Notes under the pieces: generated by a model
Told to the model about the DNA's origin: nothing
What the model saw: the letters and a program-made list of their open reading frames with translations, nothing else
The model's database searches: none
Program-made: the position numbers and the translations under genes
Source: an uncultured bacterium
Lineage (GTDB): Bacteria > Electryoneota > RPQS01
Reading direction: 5' to 3'
DNA length: 64,000 bases
Assembly: GCA_963735175.1 (NCBI GenBank)
Contig: CAVTJX010000016.1
Coordinates: forward strand, 603,968 to 667,967
In this document: piece after piece, positions 1 to 10,399 of the stretch
How the letters are laid out: each line of letters begins with the position of its first letter
How positions within the stretch are numbered: position 1 is the stretch's first letter

Positions 1-832
1 GGCTCGGACGGCGCGACCAGTTCGGTCACGCGGACCGCGAAGTTCTCATCCACCACCACGACCTCGCCCTTGGCGAAGATCCGCCCGTTGACGAAGAGAT
101 CCACCGGTTCGCCCGAGAGTTTGTCGAGTTCCACGACGGAACCGGGCGCCAGGCGAATGATATCGCGGATCAGCATTGTCGTGCGGCCAAGTTCGATGGA
201 GATCGGCAACTCGATATCGAGCACCAGGCCCATTTCGCGGGCGGCGTCAGCCTCCTCCACGTCTACCGGGCCGTCGTTATCGGGTTGCTCGAGATGCGTT
301 TCCACGTCGGGATAGCAAGCTGTGCAGAAATCGGACGAAACCAGGCGCACGATGGTAACAGGCGCGTCAAGACCGAGGACGTGCTGCGTGATGACCCACG
401 GGGTGCCCACGAAATCCGAGGGCCCGAAGTCCACCAGGCTGATCTTGATTTCTTCGAAGGAAACGCGATGGCCGATTTCCTTGCTCAGGTCCGCCGAGAA
501 CGCCGCCATGACCTCTTTGAACAGGTCGCGCAGCGGTTCGAGGTGCTCTTCGTACGGAGAAGGGAGCCTTGCCGTCGCCGGTCAGCAGCATATCGGCAAG
601 TGTCGCGCCGGACGGTTTGCTGATGGCGAAGATGACGCGGCCCGGGCCGCCGTCGGTGGCGGTGAGGGTCGCGGCCACGACTTCACCGGGCAGCGATGAT
701 TTGAAATCCTTGTAATCGAGCGCTTCCGGGCCAACTGCGCGAACCGGCACCGGGCGCTCGAGGAAGCTCGACAACGACTGCTCGAAGAATGCTCCGGAAT
801 TTCTCTTCCATCGCTTGCAGCTTTTGATCCAT
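1..832 (-). CDS. fliN: Flagellar motor switch protein FliN/FliY (3' end runs off the window start; two apparent 1-nt frame breaks)
   Basis: Reverse translation of 1-240 gives EMGLVLDIELPISIELGRTTMLIRDIIRLAPGSVVELDKLSGEPVDLFVNGRIFAKGEVVVVDENFAVRVTELV, the FliN/SpoA-type C-terminal domain. The N-terminal part lies in ORF 367..837(-). The ATG at 832 (MDQKLQAMEEKF) is out of frame with the ORF body, and the frame changes again near 555. Lies directly downstream of fliM. Confidence 0.85.
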
Positions 833-851
833 CGCACGGTTGAAGAGGACG

Positions 852-1842
852 TTAGCCAAGGTTCAGTTCCTCCATATCGGTAACACGGCGCACGATTCGC
901 ACCGCTTTCTTGGATTTACTCAGGCCGGGTTCGCCCCAGAATTTGACTTTCCCGTGAATCCATACTTTGAGACTTTCATCGCGGCGTTCGTCAAGCCGGA
1001 TCACGTCGCCCACTCGCAACTGCGAAAGGTCGTTCATGGCGAGCCGGGTCGTGCCGAGCTGCGCGATCACCGGGAGCTGCGTCAGGCGGATGCGCGACTG
1101 CAGCAAGTCACGCTCGCGCCGCGACAGCTTCTTCGTGGCGACGTTTGACCAGCCGGTGGAAAGGTTCTGGATCAGCGGATCGAGGACGAAATAGGGGAAG
1201 CAAAGGTTCATCGGGAAGGTCATGTCGCGAATGATGATCTCGAAGGATATCACCGCGGCAGTCTCGCTCGCGGGCGCAATCTGCACGAACTGCGGATTCG
1301 ATTCGAACGACTCGATGTAGAGGTTCAGCCGGTAGACGTGCCGCCAGGCTTCCGTGAGAATCGACAACGCCGATTCGACCATCTTGCGCAGAATATTCTG
1401 CTCGATAATCGTCAGTTCGCGAATGCCGCCGACGCGGCTGCCGCTGCCGCCCAGCAGGCGGTCGACGACGGTGAGCGCGAACTGCGGCGAGATTTCCATG
1501 ATCGCCGACCCCTTCGAGGTTCTTGGAGGCGACGATATAGATGCAGGAAGGCACGGACAGCGACAGCATGTATTCGGAATAGGTGGCCTGGTCGATGGAC
1601 AGTAGATTGATGTCGACCAGGGTCCGCAGCATGCTCGAGAGGTAGGTGCCGAAGGAGCGCGAAAAGGAGTCGTGGATCGTGCGCAGCGCGCGCAGTTGAT
1701 CCTTGGAGATGCGGTCGGGGTGCTTGAAATCGTAGAGATGGATCGGCCGTTCCTTCGTCTCGATGACGGGCTCGAAGGTCTGCGCGGCGGACACGCTTTT
1801 CAGCAGCGCGTCGATCTCTTCCTGGGTAAGTATCTTGCTCAT
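852..1842 (-). CDS. fliM: Flagellar motor switch protein FliM (one frame break)
   Basis: ORF 1108..1842 (MSKILTQEEIDALL...LRTIHDSFSRSFGTYLSSMLRT) and ORF 852..1499 (MEISPQFALTVVDRLLGGSG...VWIHGKVKFWGEPG) are the two halves of FliM. The frames meet at a CCCC run at 1509-1512. Confidence 0.9.
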
Positions 1843-1846
1843 GGGT

Positions 1847-2389
1847 TTACTGCAGTACGTAGCCGCTGAAGACGACGCTGCGCACCGGCGCGCCGTGCAG
1901 CCGCTTGTTGACCGCCTCCTTGATTTCCAGCTTCAAACTGTCCCGCCGGCCCGGATCGGCCAGTTCGTCGAGGTGTTTGGCCGACAGCAACGTGATCAGG
2001 GTGTCGCGGATCACGGCGGCGTTCTTGTCCATGATTGCCTTGGACTCTTCACCCGCCGGCATCTGCAATCCCATCGTGACGGAGAGGTAGCGGCGGCCGC
2101 CGGTCTCGGCGGGATTGATCACGATCTCATCGAGCATCATCACTTCCGAGTCGTCAGATTCCTCCGCTTCCTCGGCCTTCGCCTCGGATTTGGCGCTGGC
2201 GACCGTGGTCTCTGCCGCGAGCGGTCCGCCGCTGAAGAGCAGGGTCTTCTGCAGGAAGTACGAACCCACCACCTGCGCCAGAATGACGGCGGCAACAATG
2301 GCGAATTTGGGGATCGCGAATTTCTTCTTAGCGGGCGCGGCAACCTCGGGAGCGGCAGGCGGCGCGTCCTGATCCGGTGGTCTGCTCAA
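1847..2389 (-). CDS. fliL: Flagellar basal-body-associated protein FliL
   Basis: 180-aa ORF with one N-terminal TM helix followed by a FliL-like body (VINPAETGGRRYLSVTMGLQ...DTLITLLSAKHLDEL). TTG start 8 nt after GGAGG. Sits between flgE and fliM, as in fla/che-type operons. Confidence 0.8.
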   Translation of the reverse strand: MSRPPDQDAPPAAPEVAAPAKKKFAIPKFAIVAAVILAQVVGSYFLQKTLLFSGGPLAAETTVASAKSEAKAEEAEESDDSEVMMLDEIVINPAETGGRRYLSVTMGLQMPAGEESKAIMDKNAAVIRDTLITLLSAKHLDELADPGRRDSLKLEIKEAVNKRLHGAPVRSVVFSGYVLQ

Positions 2390-2589
2390 CGAAAGGTCCT
2401 CCGAAAATACTGGGAAAGTGGACCCGCGTAACGCGTCTAAAAAGACGACGGGACCGGGACCGCGACAAAATCAGCCGCCGCGCGATGGGAGCGCGGATTC
2501 CGATAGTTTTGTGTGAAGGCAGCGGAGCGAAAGGGGCAAGCGGAGGACGGGAGGCGGAGGCGCGCGGACGGGGACGGAAGCGGGATGCC

Positions 2590-2619
2590 GGGCGGGGCCG
2601 CCGGGAGGCGGCCCCGCCC
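2590..2619 (-). terminator. GC-rich perfect hairpin just downstream of flgE (attenuator or mRNA-stabilising stem; no U tract)
   Basis: GGGCGGGGCCGCC-GGGA-GGCGGCCCCGCCC, a 13-bp perfect stem 12 nt after the flgE stop. No T-run follows on the minus strand, so it is not a canonical intrinsic terminator. Confidence 0.3.
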
Positions 2620-2631
2620 TTATCAAGGCGT

Positions 2632-4306
2632 TTACCGCTTAAGCTGCGTCACTTCGTTCAGCAGCGAGTCCGCGACGCTGATCACCCTCGAGCTGGCCTG
2701 GAAGCCGCGCTGCGCGATAATCATGTCGGTGAACTGTTCGGCAAGATCGACCGTCGACAGTTCGAGATAACCGGAGTAAATCTGGTTGACGTTGCCGGCC
2801 TCAAGGCCGATCATCGCGTCACCCGAGTTGACGGTTCCGCGGAAGATGTTCTCGCCGGCGACCTGCAAGCCGGAGGGGTTGGCGAATCGGGCGAGGGCGA
2901 TCTGTCCCAGGGCGCGGGTCACGCCATTGGAATAGCTGCCCGTAATCTTTCCCGTGCCGTCCACCGTGAAGTCGTTCAGAACGCCCATGCCGTGCCCGTT
3001 CTGGCTGACGGCGACGGTAGTGCTGGGCGAGGCAAACTGCGTAATGCCATCAAAGGTGCCGACGGTGCCGCCGTTCAAATCGATGACCATGCCCTGTGCC
3101 TGAGGCGGCGTAAAGGACAGCGGTCCGCCTTCGAAGGCCAACAGACTGCCGTCGGTATTGAAGCGCACCGTGCCGGAGTTGCCGGACAGACGGTCATTGA
3201 TCGAGTCGATGCCGCCATCGTCAACGGTAACTTCCCAGTCCCACACGTTACCCTGAGCGACGTCCTGGGTAAAGGTCATTTCCACCTTGTGCTTTTCGCC
3301 GCGACTGTCATACACGTAAACCGAGGAGGAGTGCGTACCGGTGCTCCCGGCTTCCGTATTCACAAAGGTGGGTAACACCATCGCCGAGGCTGTCAAGCCG
3401 CCGTCGGTGAAACTGAGCGCGATGGAGGTCGTGCTGGTGCCCGCCTGGTTATCCCGCAGGATCAACTTTCCGGAGGCGTCAATGCCGAGGGTCGAACCGT
3501 CGGTTGCGGCGCTGTCAAATCCCGTGACCGAGTTAATGCGGTTGATCATGGCGCCAAGGGTCGTGCCGTCATTGGTCGCGCCATAGGTGAAATTCACGCT
3601 GACCGCCGCGCCGGTGCGATCGGTGCCGGTGACGGTGATCACGTCTCCATCATCCAACGGCGCCGTTACCTGATCGAGGTCGTTGATCAGAAGTGGTCGC
3701 CGACGCGGGATTGCTGCCGTGGGTAAAGGCGATGGAAGCCGTATAGGTACGGGGCTTGGAGGCATTCGCGTCGAGATTCACGTAACTCTTGATCTCCGAT
3801 GTCGCGCGAGCCGGATCCTGCTCACTGAAGGGCAGGCGCAGCGACTCCACGGAAGACGAACTGATGATCACGCCATTCTTGTCGGCCAAACGGCCCAACA
3901 CGTGGTAGCGGCCACCGGGCGCCAGCAGCGAGCCGTCGGCGTCAACCTGGAAATTCCCCGAGCGGGTGTAAAACTGGGTGCTGCGCGTCACCCACGACAA
4001 ACATGCCATCACCCTGAATGGCGAAGTCCATACGGTTGCCGGTGTTTTCGAAGTTACCCTGCTTGATAAACGCGGTCGATGGATGACACGCGCATACCGA
4101 GTCCGACTTCGATTCCGTTGCGGCCGCCGCGCGTATCCGACGGCGCATCCGCGCCCTGCATCAACTGGGAGAAACCGGTGGCAAAAGACACGCGGCTGCT
4201 CTTGAAGCCGATGGTGTTGACGTTGGCGATGTTGTCGCCGATGACGTCCATGCGGGTCTGGTGATTAGTCAGTCCCGTCACTGCGCTGAACAGAAGATCG
4301 CATCAT
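2632..4306 (-). CDS. flgE: Flagellar hook protein FlgE (at least three frame breaks)
   Basis: The C-terminus GYLELSTVDLAEQFTDMIIAQRGFQASSRVISVADSLLNEVTQLKR and the N-terminus LFSAVTGLTNHQTRMDVIGDNIANVNTIGFK are rod/hook family signatures. The body is split over ORFs 2632..3765, 3650..4012 and 4054..4281. The ATGATG at 4301-4306, preceded by GGAGG, is 1 nt out of frame with the N-terminal motif. Confidence 0.9.
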
Positions 4307-4375
4307 AGTAGTTGTTCCTCCGCGGGCTTCAGTCGATCCACCCGCATTGGGCCTCCTACACGAGGACCGGCCCGG

Positions 4376-4772
4376 TTAAACGATTACGGCGCTATCGATT
4401 TGTGTGAACACATTGCCGTTCTTTGTGGCGCCATCCACCGCGGTGACCACGGTGCGGTTGGCGACACTGACGATGAAAGCAAGATTGTCGACCATCACCA
4501 GCGAATCACGGGCGCCCTTTTGGGCGGCCTGCTGGACGCCGGCTTGCAGCCGCTCCATCTGCGGCGGTGTCAATTGAATCTGCCGCGACAGCAGACGCGA
4601 CTGCGCATGATGAGAAAAGGTGAGGCTCTGGCCGCGTTCGAAGCTGGCTGTCGAGCACTTGACCAAATCCGGAATCCTTCCCGGCGGCCGCGCCGGTAGA
4701 CGCGGGCTGCCGCGCCGGCTCGATGCCGGACGTTCCGGGAAGCGGCGGCAGACGACGCACGGCGTCAATCAT
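4376..4772 (-). CDS. Small flagellar operon protein (TIGR02530-like), one frame break
   Basis: ORFs 4506..4772 and 4376..4768 join to give ...FGQVLDSQL...LTFSHHAQSRLLSRQIQLTPPQMERLQAGVQQAAQKGARDSLVMVDNLAFIVSVANRTVVTAV. This resembles the small protein found between flgD and flgE in Firmicute-type operons. A GGAGG lies inside the flgD 3' end. Confidence 0.55.
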
Positions 4773-4775
4773 GGC

Positions 4776-5487
4776 TCAGGCTCCTCCATCAGATTCGGAC
4801 TCACGAATCAGGGTCACCATGCCCAACTGGACGGTGATACCGTTGACGACCAGCACCGGCGATCCGTCCACGTAGCGCAGTTCGCTGACGCGGCCTTCAA
4901 CGTACGGATTGGCGCCAACGCTTGCGCCGTCGGGATCCTTCGCGATCACATTAAAGGTGTAGTCGCCCTCGGGAACGCGGGCTGCCGTTGTCGGATTTGC
5001 AATCCCAGGTAAGCTGCTGCTCGCCTGCGGCTTGGGCGGTGCCCACGGAAAGCGTGCGCACCAGGACGCCGTCGCTCGTCGCGAATTTCGACCTTGATGT
5101 CCGTGGCGGCGGCGTCAAGCGTGTAGGCCATGGATTCGTCGCCGGTCGACGCTCACGGTGACAAGATCGGTGTCGGCGCGTACGGTTTTGCCGATCAGGG
5201 TCGCGGCCATGGTGTTGCTGAACGTCTGCGCCAGCAGCAGATCCGTCTGCGAGGCTCTGATCCATGGTCGTGCCTTGCCTTTGCAGTTCCTGCAAGGAGC
5301 TGAACTGGGCAAGTTGCGCGGCGAAATCCTGACCATCCATCGGATTCATCGGATCCTGTGCGCGAAGCTGAGCGGTCAGCATCTGCAGAAAGTCCGTTTG
5401 ATCCATCGCATCCGCACGCGAACTGATGCGGTCCGAGGGCGGCGTCAGCGGTGTCGGGGTGGTTGATGTGACGGAATCCACAGGCAT
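4776..5487 (-). CDS. flgD: Flagellar hook assembly/capping protein FlgD (at least four frame breaks)
   Basis: MDQTDFLQMLTAQLRAQDPMNPMDGQDFAAQLAQFSSLQELQ is the FlgD N-terminal signature. The C-terminal part (...YTFNVIAKDPDG...VQLGMVTLIRESESDGGA-stop at 4776-4778) was recovered by hand translation. The gene is pieced from ORFs 4951..5505, 5115..5336 and 4946..5131. Confidence 0.85.
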
Positions 5488-5491
5488 GGGT

Positions 5492-5722
5492 TTATCCCAG
5501 GTCAAACAGTTTTAGAAACGAGGCGGATGGCTTATGGCTGTTCAGGTACTGGTAGAGGGCATAGGTGGACTTGCCCACACTCACCGGCGATTTGCAGAGG
5601 CGACAGGTCAACTGATATTCGGCCCGGCCATGGGGGGTACGACCTCCATGGGAGGTTTCAAAATCCCGCGAGCCACAGGTGCAGATCGGGGCCGAGGTTA
5701 AGTTTAGGGTTTTCGTGGCCAT
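5492..5722 (-). CDS. Hypothetical 76-aa CxC...CxxC (zinc-ribbon-like) protein between fliK and flgD
   Basis: Intact ORF MATKTLNLTSAPICTCGSRDFETSHGGRTPHGRAEYQLTCRLCKSPVSVGK..., with four Cys arranged C-x-C / C-x-x-C. Third-position GC looks coding-like. The stop lies 4 nt before the flgD ATG. No family recognised. Confidence 0.45.
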   Translation of the reverse strand: MATKTLNLTSAPICTCGSRDFETSHGGRTPHGRAEYQLTCRLCKSPVSVGKSTYALYQYLNSHKPSASFLKLFDLG

Positions 5723-5737
5723 TGCATTAACAGATCG

Positions 5738-5754
5738 GGCAAATTACGCGCCAA
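5738..5754 (-). promoter_or_regulatory. Candidate sigma-54 (-24/-12) promoter upstream of the Zn-ribbon ORF / flgD
   Basis: The minus strand reads TTGGCGCGTAATTTGCC. Against the consensus TGGCACG-N4-TTGCW it keeps the GG and GC dinucleotides with correct spacing and has one mismatch (A to G). It lies about 16 nt upstream of the ORF ATG at 5722. Confidence 0.45.
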
Positions 5755-5834
5755 GTGCAAGCGGCGACTTAATCTTTTTTCCAGCCTTACTTTAACTTTC
5801 GGATGTGAGCGGTTTTTCCAGGGCAAGAATTGCC

Positions 5835-8020
5835 TCAGGCTACCCATTCGCGTTCGGCCAAGGGCGACCGCCGGACCGAAATCTCCACTGCCGGCTTCTC
5901 GGCAGAACGGTCATCTTCCCCGCCGGCTGCCGCCGTGCTGTCCTGCTCAGCCTGGCGATGACGTTGGGCCAGATTGCGCGGCTCGTGCTGCATTTCGGGC
6001 GCACTGGATTCGCCCCGCACGTGTACGTCGAAACGCTCAATCCGTAATCCAACGTCAGTGATCATCCGTTCCATGACGCCTCGACCTTCGTTCAGAAGCC
6101 TGGGCCACATCGGAACGGCTGGAGCTGATTTCTACGGAAACGTCAGCGTGATGCGTAACGATTCGGAAATTGAGCACGCCCAATTCGTCGTGCCGCCATT
6201 GGAAGGCAGCCTCGCCCTCGCCCGGGCGAGACATTCGCGCCGAGTTAATGGCTTTGGCGGCAAGACTCTGCAATTCACGGATTTGCTCGGGAGAGTAGCG
6301 CGGGCGCAGCGGCGCCGATTCCGCCGTCGGGAGCTGCGATTCATGCGCGGGAGCCGTTTCCACGCTCACCGCGCTTGCCGCGGAATCGGACCGCGTTTCG
6401 GCCGAAGCAGCTTTTTCCGGCACCGTCGCTTTGTGCGCTTCAGCAACGGGCGCTTTCTGCGGGGGCGGATCGCCGAGCTTCACCTGCGAAGCGAGATCGA
6501 CCGGATGCGCTTTCGTTTCGGCAACCGGCGTGACGGCCTTCTTCAACGGAGACTCAGGCAGTGGCAACGCGAATTCGGATACTGACGCCAGTTTGTGCAT
6601 TCCCGGCTTGGATCCAACCGGCTCTGCCGCTGGACTCTGGACCTTACTATTGGCGCCGGGGCGCGGCTTGGAATTCGTCTGTGCATCCGCTTTCACCGGC
6701 TCGGCGGTGGCGACAATCACAGGCTCCAGCGACTTTTCAGCGGCCGGGATGGGTGTCGCAGTCATCGGTTGCACAGGAGCAGGTTGCGGCGAAACATTCA
6801 AGCCCCAGAAGGAACGTGTGACCAGCGGTGGCTGCTGATGGATTGGGGGATTGTCTGCCAGTGGAGCTTTGACCGGCGGTGCAGACTGGTCTGTCATCGC
6901 CGGTTTTTCTACCGGCGAGGGCAGTTCTGTGCGAAACGATTTGACATCGGGCACTTGACGGTCCACCGGCGCGGACTTGTCCGTGCGGAGCAATTTGGCG
7001 TCAGGCATGTGACGGTCCACCAGCGCGACTCGTTCGATGGGAGCAGTATGATCGGCGGCTGCCGGTTTGACTGCCGGCGACTGCCTATCGGCGCGCGCCG
7101 GGGTCTCTACCGCCGTGAAACTGGCTGCTCGCGCGGTGTTAACCGCCGTCCGTGCATCCATCGGCGCCGGCTTTTTGTCCGCCGCCGGCCGATCGCTTCG
7201 TGGCGCGCTTGCCGTTGCCGGTGCGCTTGCGACTGCTGTCGCTCCCCTGTGAATAAATTCCGCTTGCGGCATACGGGAATCCGCCCCGCCGAGCCGATCG
7301 GTGCGTAGCGCTGCAAGCGGTTGAATCTGATTTGTCCCGGACGACTGCGGCACGAGCTTGCCCGCAGTTGGTGCCGAAGTATCTACGGTGGCGGTCCGGG
7401 TCGTAGGGCGAACCGGTTTCTGAGCGATCGGTTCCGCGCCCACCGTTGCGTGCCGCGGATTGTCTGCCGCTCGCGCTAACGGGGCTGGATCGCGCTGGAA
7501 ATTCAGAGCAATCTCCGACTGCCGCTGTTTGGACGGCGTCGGCCGCTCGGCGCCGGAGGTAACCACCGGTTGCGGAAAGCGGCTGAATGGGCTTTACCTG
7601 CGCGGTGGGCTGCACGTTGTGTTGGCGTGTCACCGACCGACGCGATTCCGTGACGTTCGCTTTCAGAGGCACAGAAGGTGACGGCACGGGTGCGGCAAGC
7701 GTGATGCCGGCGGTGGTGACTTCCGCAACCGTGTTCACGCCGGATTTGCGACGTTCAACCGGTTTTTGAGTCGGCGCTTCGGCGGTGGCAGGCTCCGCGG
7801 GCAGGCGTTTTGGTTTTGCACTCTTCAACCACGGTGCGGTGACGGCCGGCGTTTGCGGCGCGATTGTGGCCCGAGGCGACGACGGAGCGGTGACGTTCTT
7901 CACCGTCTCCTGCAGCACGCTGAAGAAGCTCGCGGCGCGCGCCGGAAGCTGGGTAACGCCGCGAAACATTGCCTTGACGGCGCGCGTGGCAAAGGCCGGC
8001 AGCAGTTTGGGCGCTTTCAC
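5835..8020 (-). CDS. fliK: Flagellar hook-length control protein FliK (frame breaks)
   Basis: The Pro/Ala-rich N-terminal two-thirds is in ORFs 7139..8020 and 6055..7566. A FliK-type C-terminal domain (EAAFQWRHDELGVLNFRIVTHHADVSVEISS..., then GLRIERFDVHVRGES in ORF 5835..6110) follows. GTG start at 8020. Its position between the ylxF-like gene and flgD fits fliK. Confidence 0.7.
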
Positions 8021-8652
8021 TATTTCCTTTCCGCCTGCATGGTGGCGGTGCTCATGCGCAAGGCGACCTGGGCAGCCTGATCGGGCGGCAGCGCCGCCAG
8101 CATCCTGCCGGCGGTACGGTCCTTCATGCGCATGACGAGGGCTACGATTTGATCGGTGGTTAGCTGCGCCGCGATCGCGGCGGCGGCATCGGGCTTCATT
8201 GCCTCGATGGCTTTGGCAAGCTTGGTCATCTCGGCCGCGCTGTTGGCATCCGTCACCATCGGCGGCTCAGCGAACTCCTCGTCGCTCCCGGCGGGAGCCT
8301 CGGCGTCTGTTTCCGTGATACCCGGATCGGCGGAAGCCGTTTCCGGTTCCGGAGCGGTGGCGGCGGGTAACGAATCCGGAATCTGCGCGAGCGCGGGCAG
8401 GGAATCCGGGGGCATAGCCGCGCTGTCGACACGAGCCGGTTCTGCGGACTGGGCGTCGCCGAGTGCCGCGACACGCAGCGAGTCCACACTGAGCGAATCC
8501 GCTCCCGTCCCGGCCATCCCGACGCGCGCGCCCAGTTTGGGTTGCGTCGTGCTCAGGAAGAAGTACACGCCGACGTTGATGACCACAAACGCGCCGATGT
8601 AAATACCGGCGGTCATCAACAGTTTCTTATTCAAATTCAGTTTCAGCTTCAT
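8020..8652 (-). CDS. MgtE-N-domain flagellar protein (YlxF/FlbB-like)
   Basis: MKLKLNLNKKLLMTAGIYIGAFVVINVGVYFF (TM helix), an acidic/Pro linker, then EMTKLAKAIEAMKPDAAAAIAAQLTTDQIVALVMRMKDRTAGRMLAALPPDQAAQVALRM. It occupies the slot that ylxF has after fliJ in B. subtilis. Its ATG overlaps the fliJ TGA (ATGA). Confidence 0.65.
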   Translation of the reverse strand: MKLKLNLNKKLLMTAGIYIGAFVVINVGVYFFLSTTQPKLGARVGMAGTGADSLSVDSLRVAALGDAQSAEPARVDSAAMPPDSLPALAQIPDSLPAATAPEPETASADPGITETDAEAPAGSDEEFAEPPMVTDANSAAEMTKLAKAIEAMKPDAAAAIAAQLTTDQIVALVMRMKDRTAGRMLAALPPDQAAQVALRMSTATMQAERK

Positions 8653-9092
8653 TCGCTGCTCGCTCGTTTTCGGGATCCAACCTCGTCGAGGATGCGGCCT
8701 TCGTCCCGCAGACTCTCGACCGTCCAATCACGGAAATGCGTTTCCCGCAGTTTCTCCAGCGCTTGTGTATCGCGCCGCGCCGCGACGTAGCGGCCCCGCG
8801 CGCCTTCGACGGCTTCCGACTGCGCTTCGACGCGGCCCGCTTGAAATTCGATGACCCGGCCAATCCGCTGGAGATAACGGCAATTTGTATGTTGCGCCCA
8901 GGCGGCGAAGGGTTCACTCACGCTGGCCTGCATCTCGGCGAGCTGCAGTTCCTTCTCGCCCGTAAAAAGTTCCAATTTCTCCCGCTCGGCGACCAACCGC
9001 TGCTGTTCGCGGCCAAACTCCGCCAGCTTGATTTTTTCCCGCGCCGCGCGGATGTCAAGCACCCGCTGCAGGCGGAAAGCGAACTTCTTCAT
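8649..9092 (-). CDS. fliJ: Flagellar export chaperone FliJ
   Basis: 147-aa coiled-coil ORF beginning MKKFAFRLQRVLDIRAAREKIKLAEFG, immediately after fliI with a 4-nt overlap. Confidence 0.8.
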   Translation of the reverse strand: MKKFAFRLQRVLDIRAAREKIKLAEFGREQQRLVAEREKLELFTGEKELQLAEMQASVSEPFAAWAQHTNCRYLQRIGRVIEFQAGRVEAQSEAVEGARGRYVAARRDTQALEKLRETHFRDWTVESLRDEGRILDEVGSRKRASSE

Positions 9093-10399
9093 GCCTTGCC
9101 CGCCACCTCTTTCAGCGCCTGGCTCGTGGCGCCGAAGGACGAGGTTTCATCCATCCGCTGTCTGAGAAAACCGTGAATCGCGGGCATGCGCTCGATGGCT
9201 CTGTCGACTTCCGGCCGCGTACCCCGCGCGTAAGCTCCGATCGAAATCAAATCTTCCGCGTCGGTATACGCCGCAAGCCATTCCTTGACGGCCGCCGCCG
9301 CGTCATATTGGCCACGCTCGGTGACGTCAGGCATCACCCGGCTGATGCTGGAAAGCACGTCGATCGCCGGATAGTGGTTGCGCGCGGCAATCTTTCGCGA
9401 CAATACAATGTGGCCGTCGAGAATGCTGCGCACCGCGTCGGCCACGGGTTCCGTTTGATCGTCGCCGTCCACCAGCACCGTGTAAAGGGCGGTGATGCTG
9501 CCGCGTTCGGCATTGCCCGCGCGTTCGAGAATTCGGGGGAGTGTGGCAAACACCGAGGGCGGGTAGCCACGCGTGGCGGGCGGTTCGCCGAGGGACAATC
9601 CCACCTCGCGCAGAGCGTGGCACATGCGCGTGACGCTGTCCAAAAGCAGCAGGACGCGCAGACCCTGGTCGCGGAAATACTCGGCGATGGTCGTGGCTGC
9701 CAGGGTGCCTTTAATACGGAGCAGCGGCCAGCGGTCGGACGTCTCGGTGACCACGACCGCTTTGCGCAGACCTTCGGGACCGAGCGATTGCTCGATGAAG
9801 TCGCGCACCTCGCGACCGCGTTCGCCAATCAGTCCAACCACCACCACATCCGCTTCGGTGAACTTGGCCATCATTCCGAGCAAGACGCTCTTCCCCACTC
9901 CACTTCCGGCAAAAATGCCGACGCGCTGGCCTTCGCCCAGCGTCATCAGGCCGTCGATGGCACGGATACCAACCGACAGTGGCTTGGTAACGCGCTTGCG
10001 TCTTAAAGGATGCGGCGCGGCGGCGTGCAACGGGCGAAATTCCGTAGGAATGATCGGACCCTTGTCGTCGAGCGGTTCCCCCAGAGCGTTAATAACGCGT
10101 CCGAGCAGCGCCTGCGAGCAGCCGACGGAAAGTGGGCGGCCCAGGGCGCGCACTTCGGCGCCGGGCGTCAGCCCGTCGAGTTCGTCGAGGGCCATCAGCA
10201 GCGTCGTGGATCCGTTGAATCCTACGACCTCCGCAAGGCGCAATCGTCCGCCGATACTGACGGCGCAAAGCTCGCCCAGGGTGACGCGCGGCCCCTGCGA
10301 TTCAATCACCAGCCCGCGCACCCGCTGAACACGGCCCAAGGTGCGATAGGGCGAAGCGTTCGTAAGCTTGTCCATGGATGTCTGCAGCAGCGATGTCAT
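9089..10399 (-). CDS. fliI: Flagellum-specific ATP synthase FliI
   Basis: Intact 436-aa ORF with Walker A FAGSGVGKSVLLGMM and Walker B RVLLLLDSVTR, and F1/T3SS ATPase-like sequence throughout. Confidence 0.95.
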   Translation of the reverse strand: MTSLLQTSMDKLTNASPYRTLGRVQRVRGLVIESQGPRVTLGELCAVSIGGRLRLAEVVGFNGSTTLLMALDELDGLTPGAEVRALGRPLSVGCSQALLGRVINALGEPLDDKGPIIPTEFRPLHAAAPHPLRRKRVTKPLSVGIRAIDGLMTLGEGQRVGIFAGSGVGKSVLLGMMAKFTEADVVVVGLIGERGREVRDFIEQSLGPEGLRKAVVVTETSDRWPLLRIKGTLAATTIAEYFRDQGLRVLLLLDSVTRMCHALREVGLSLGEPPATRGYPPSVFATLPRILERAGNAERGSITALYTVLVDGDDQTEPVADAVRSILDGHIVLSRKIAARNHYPAIDVLSSISRVMPDVTERGQYDAAAAVKEWLAAYTDAEDLISIGAYARGTRPEVDRAIERMPAIHGFLRQRMDETSSFGATSQALKEVAGKA

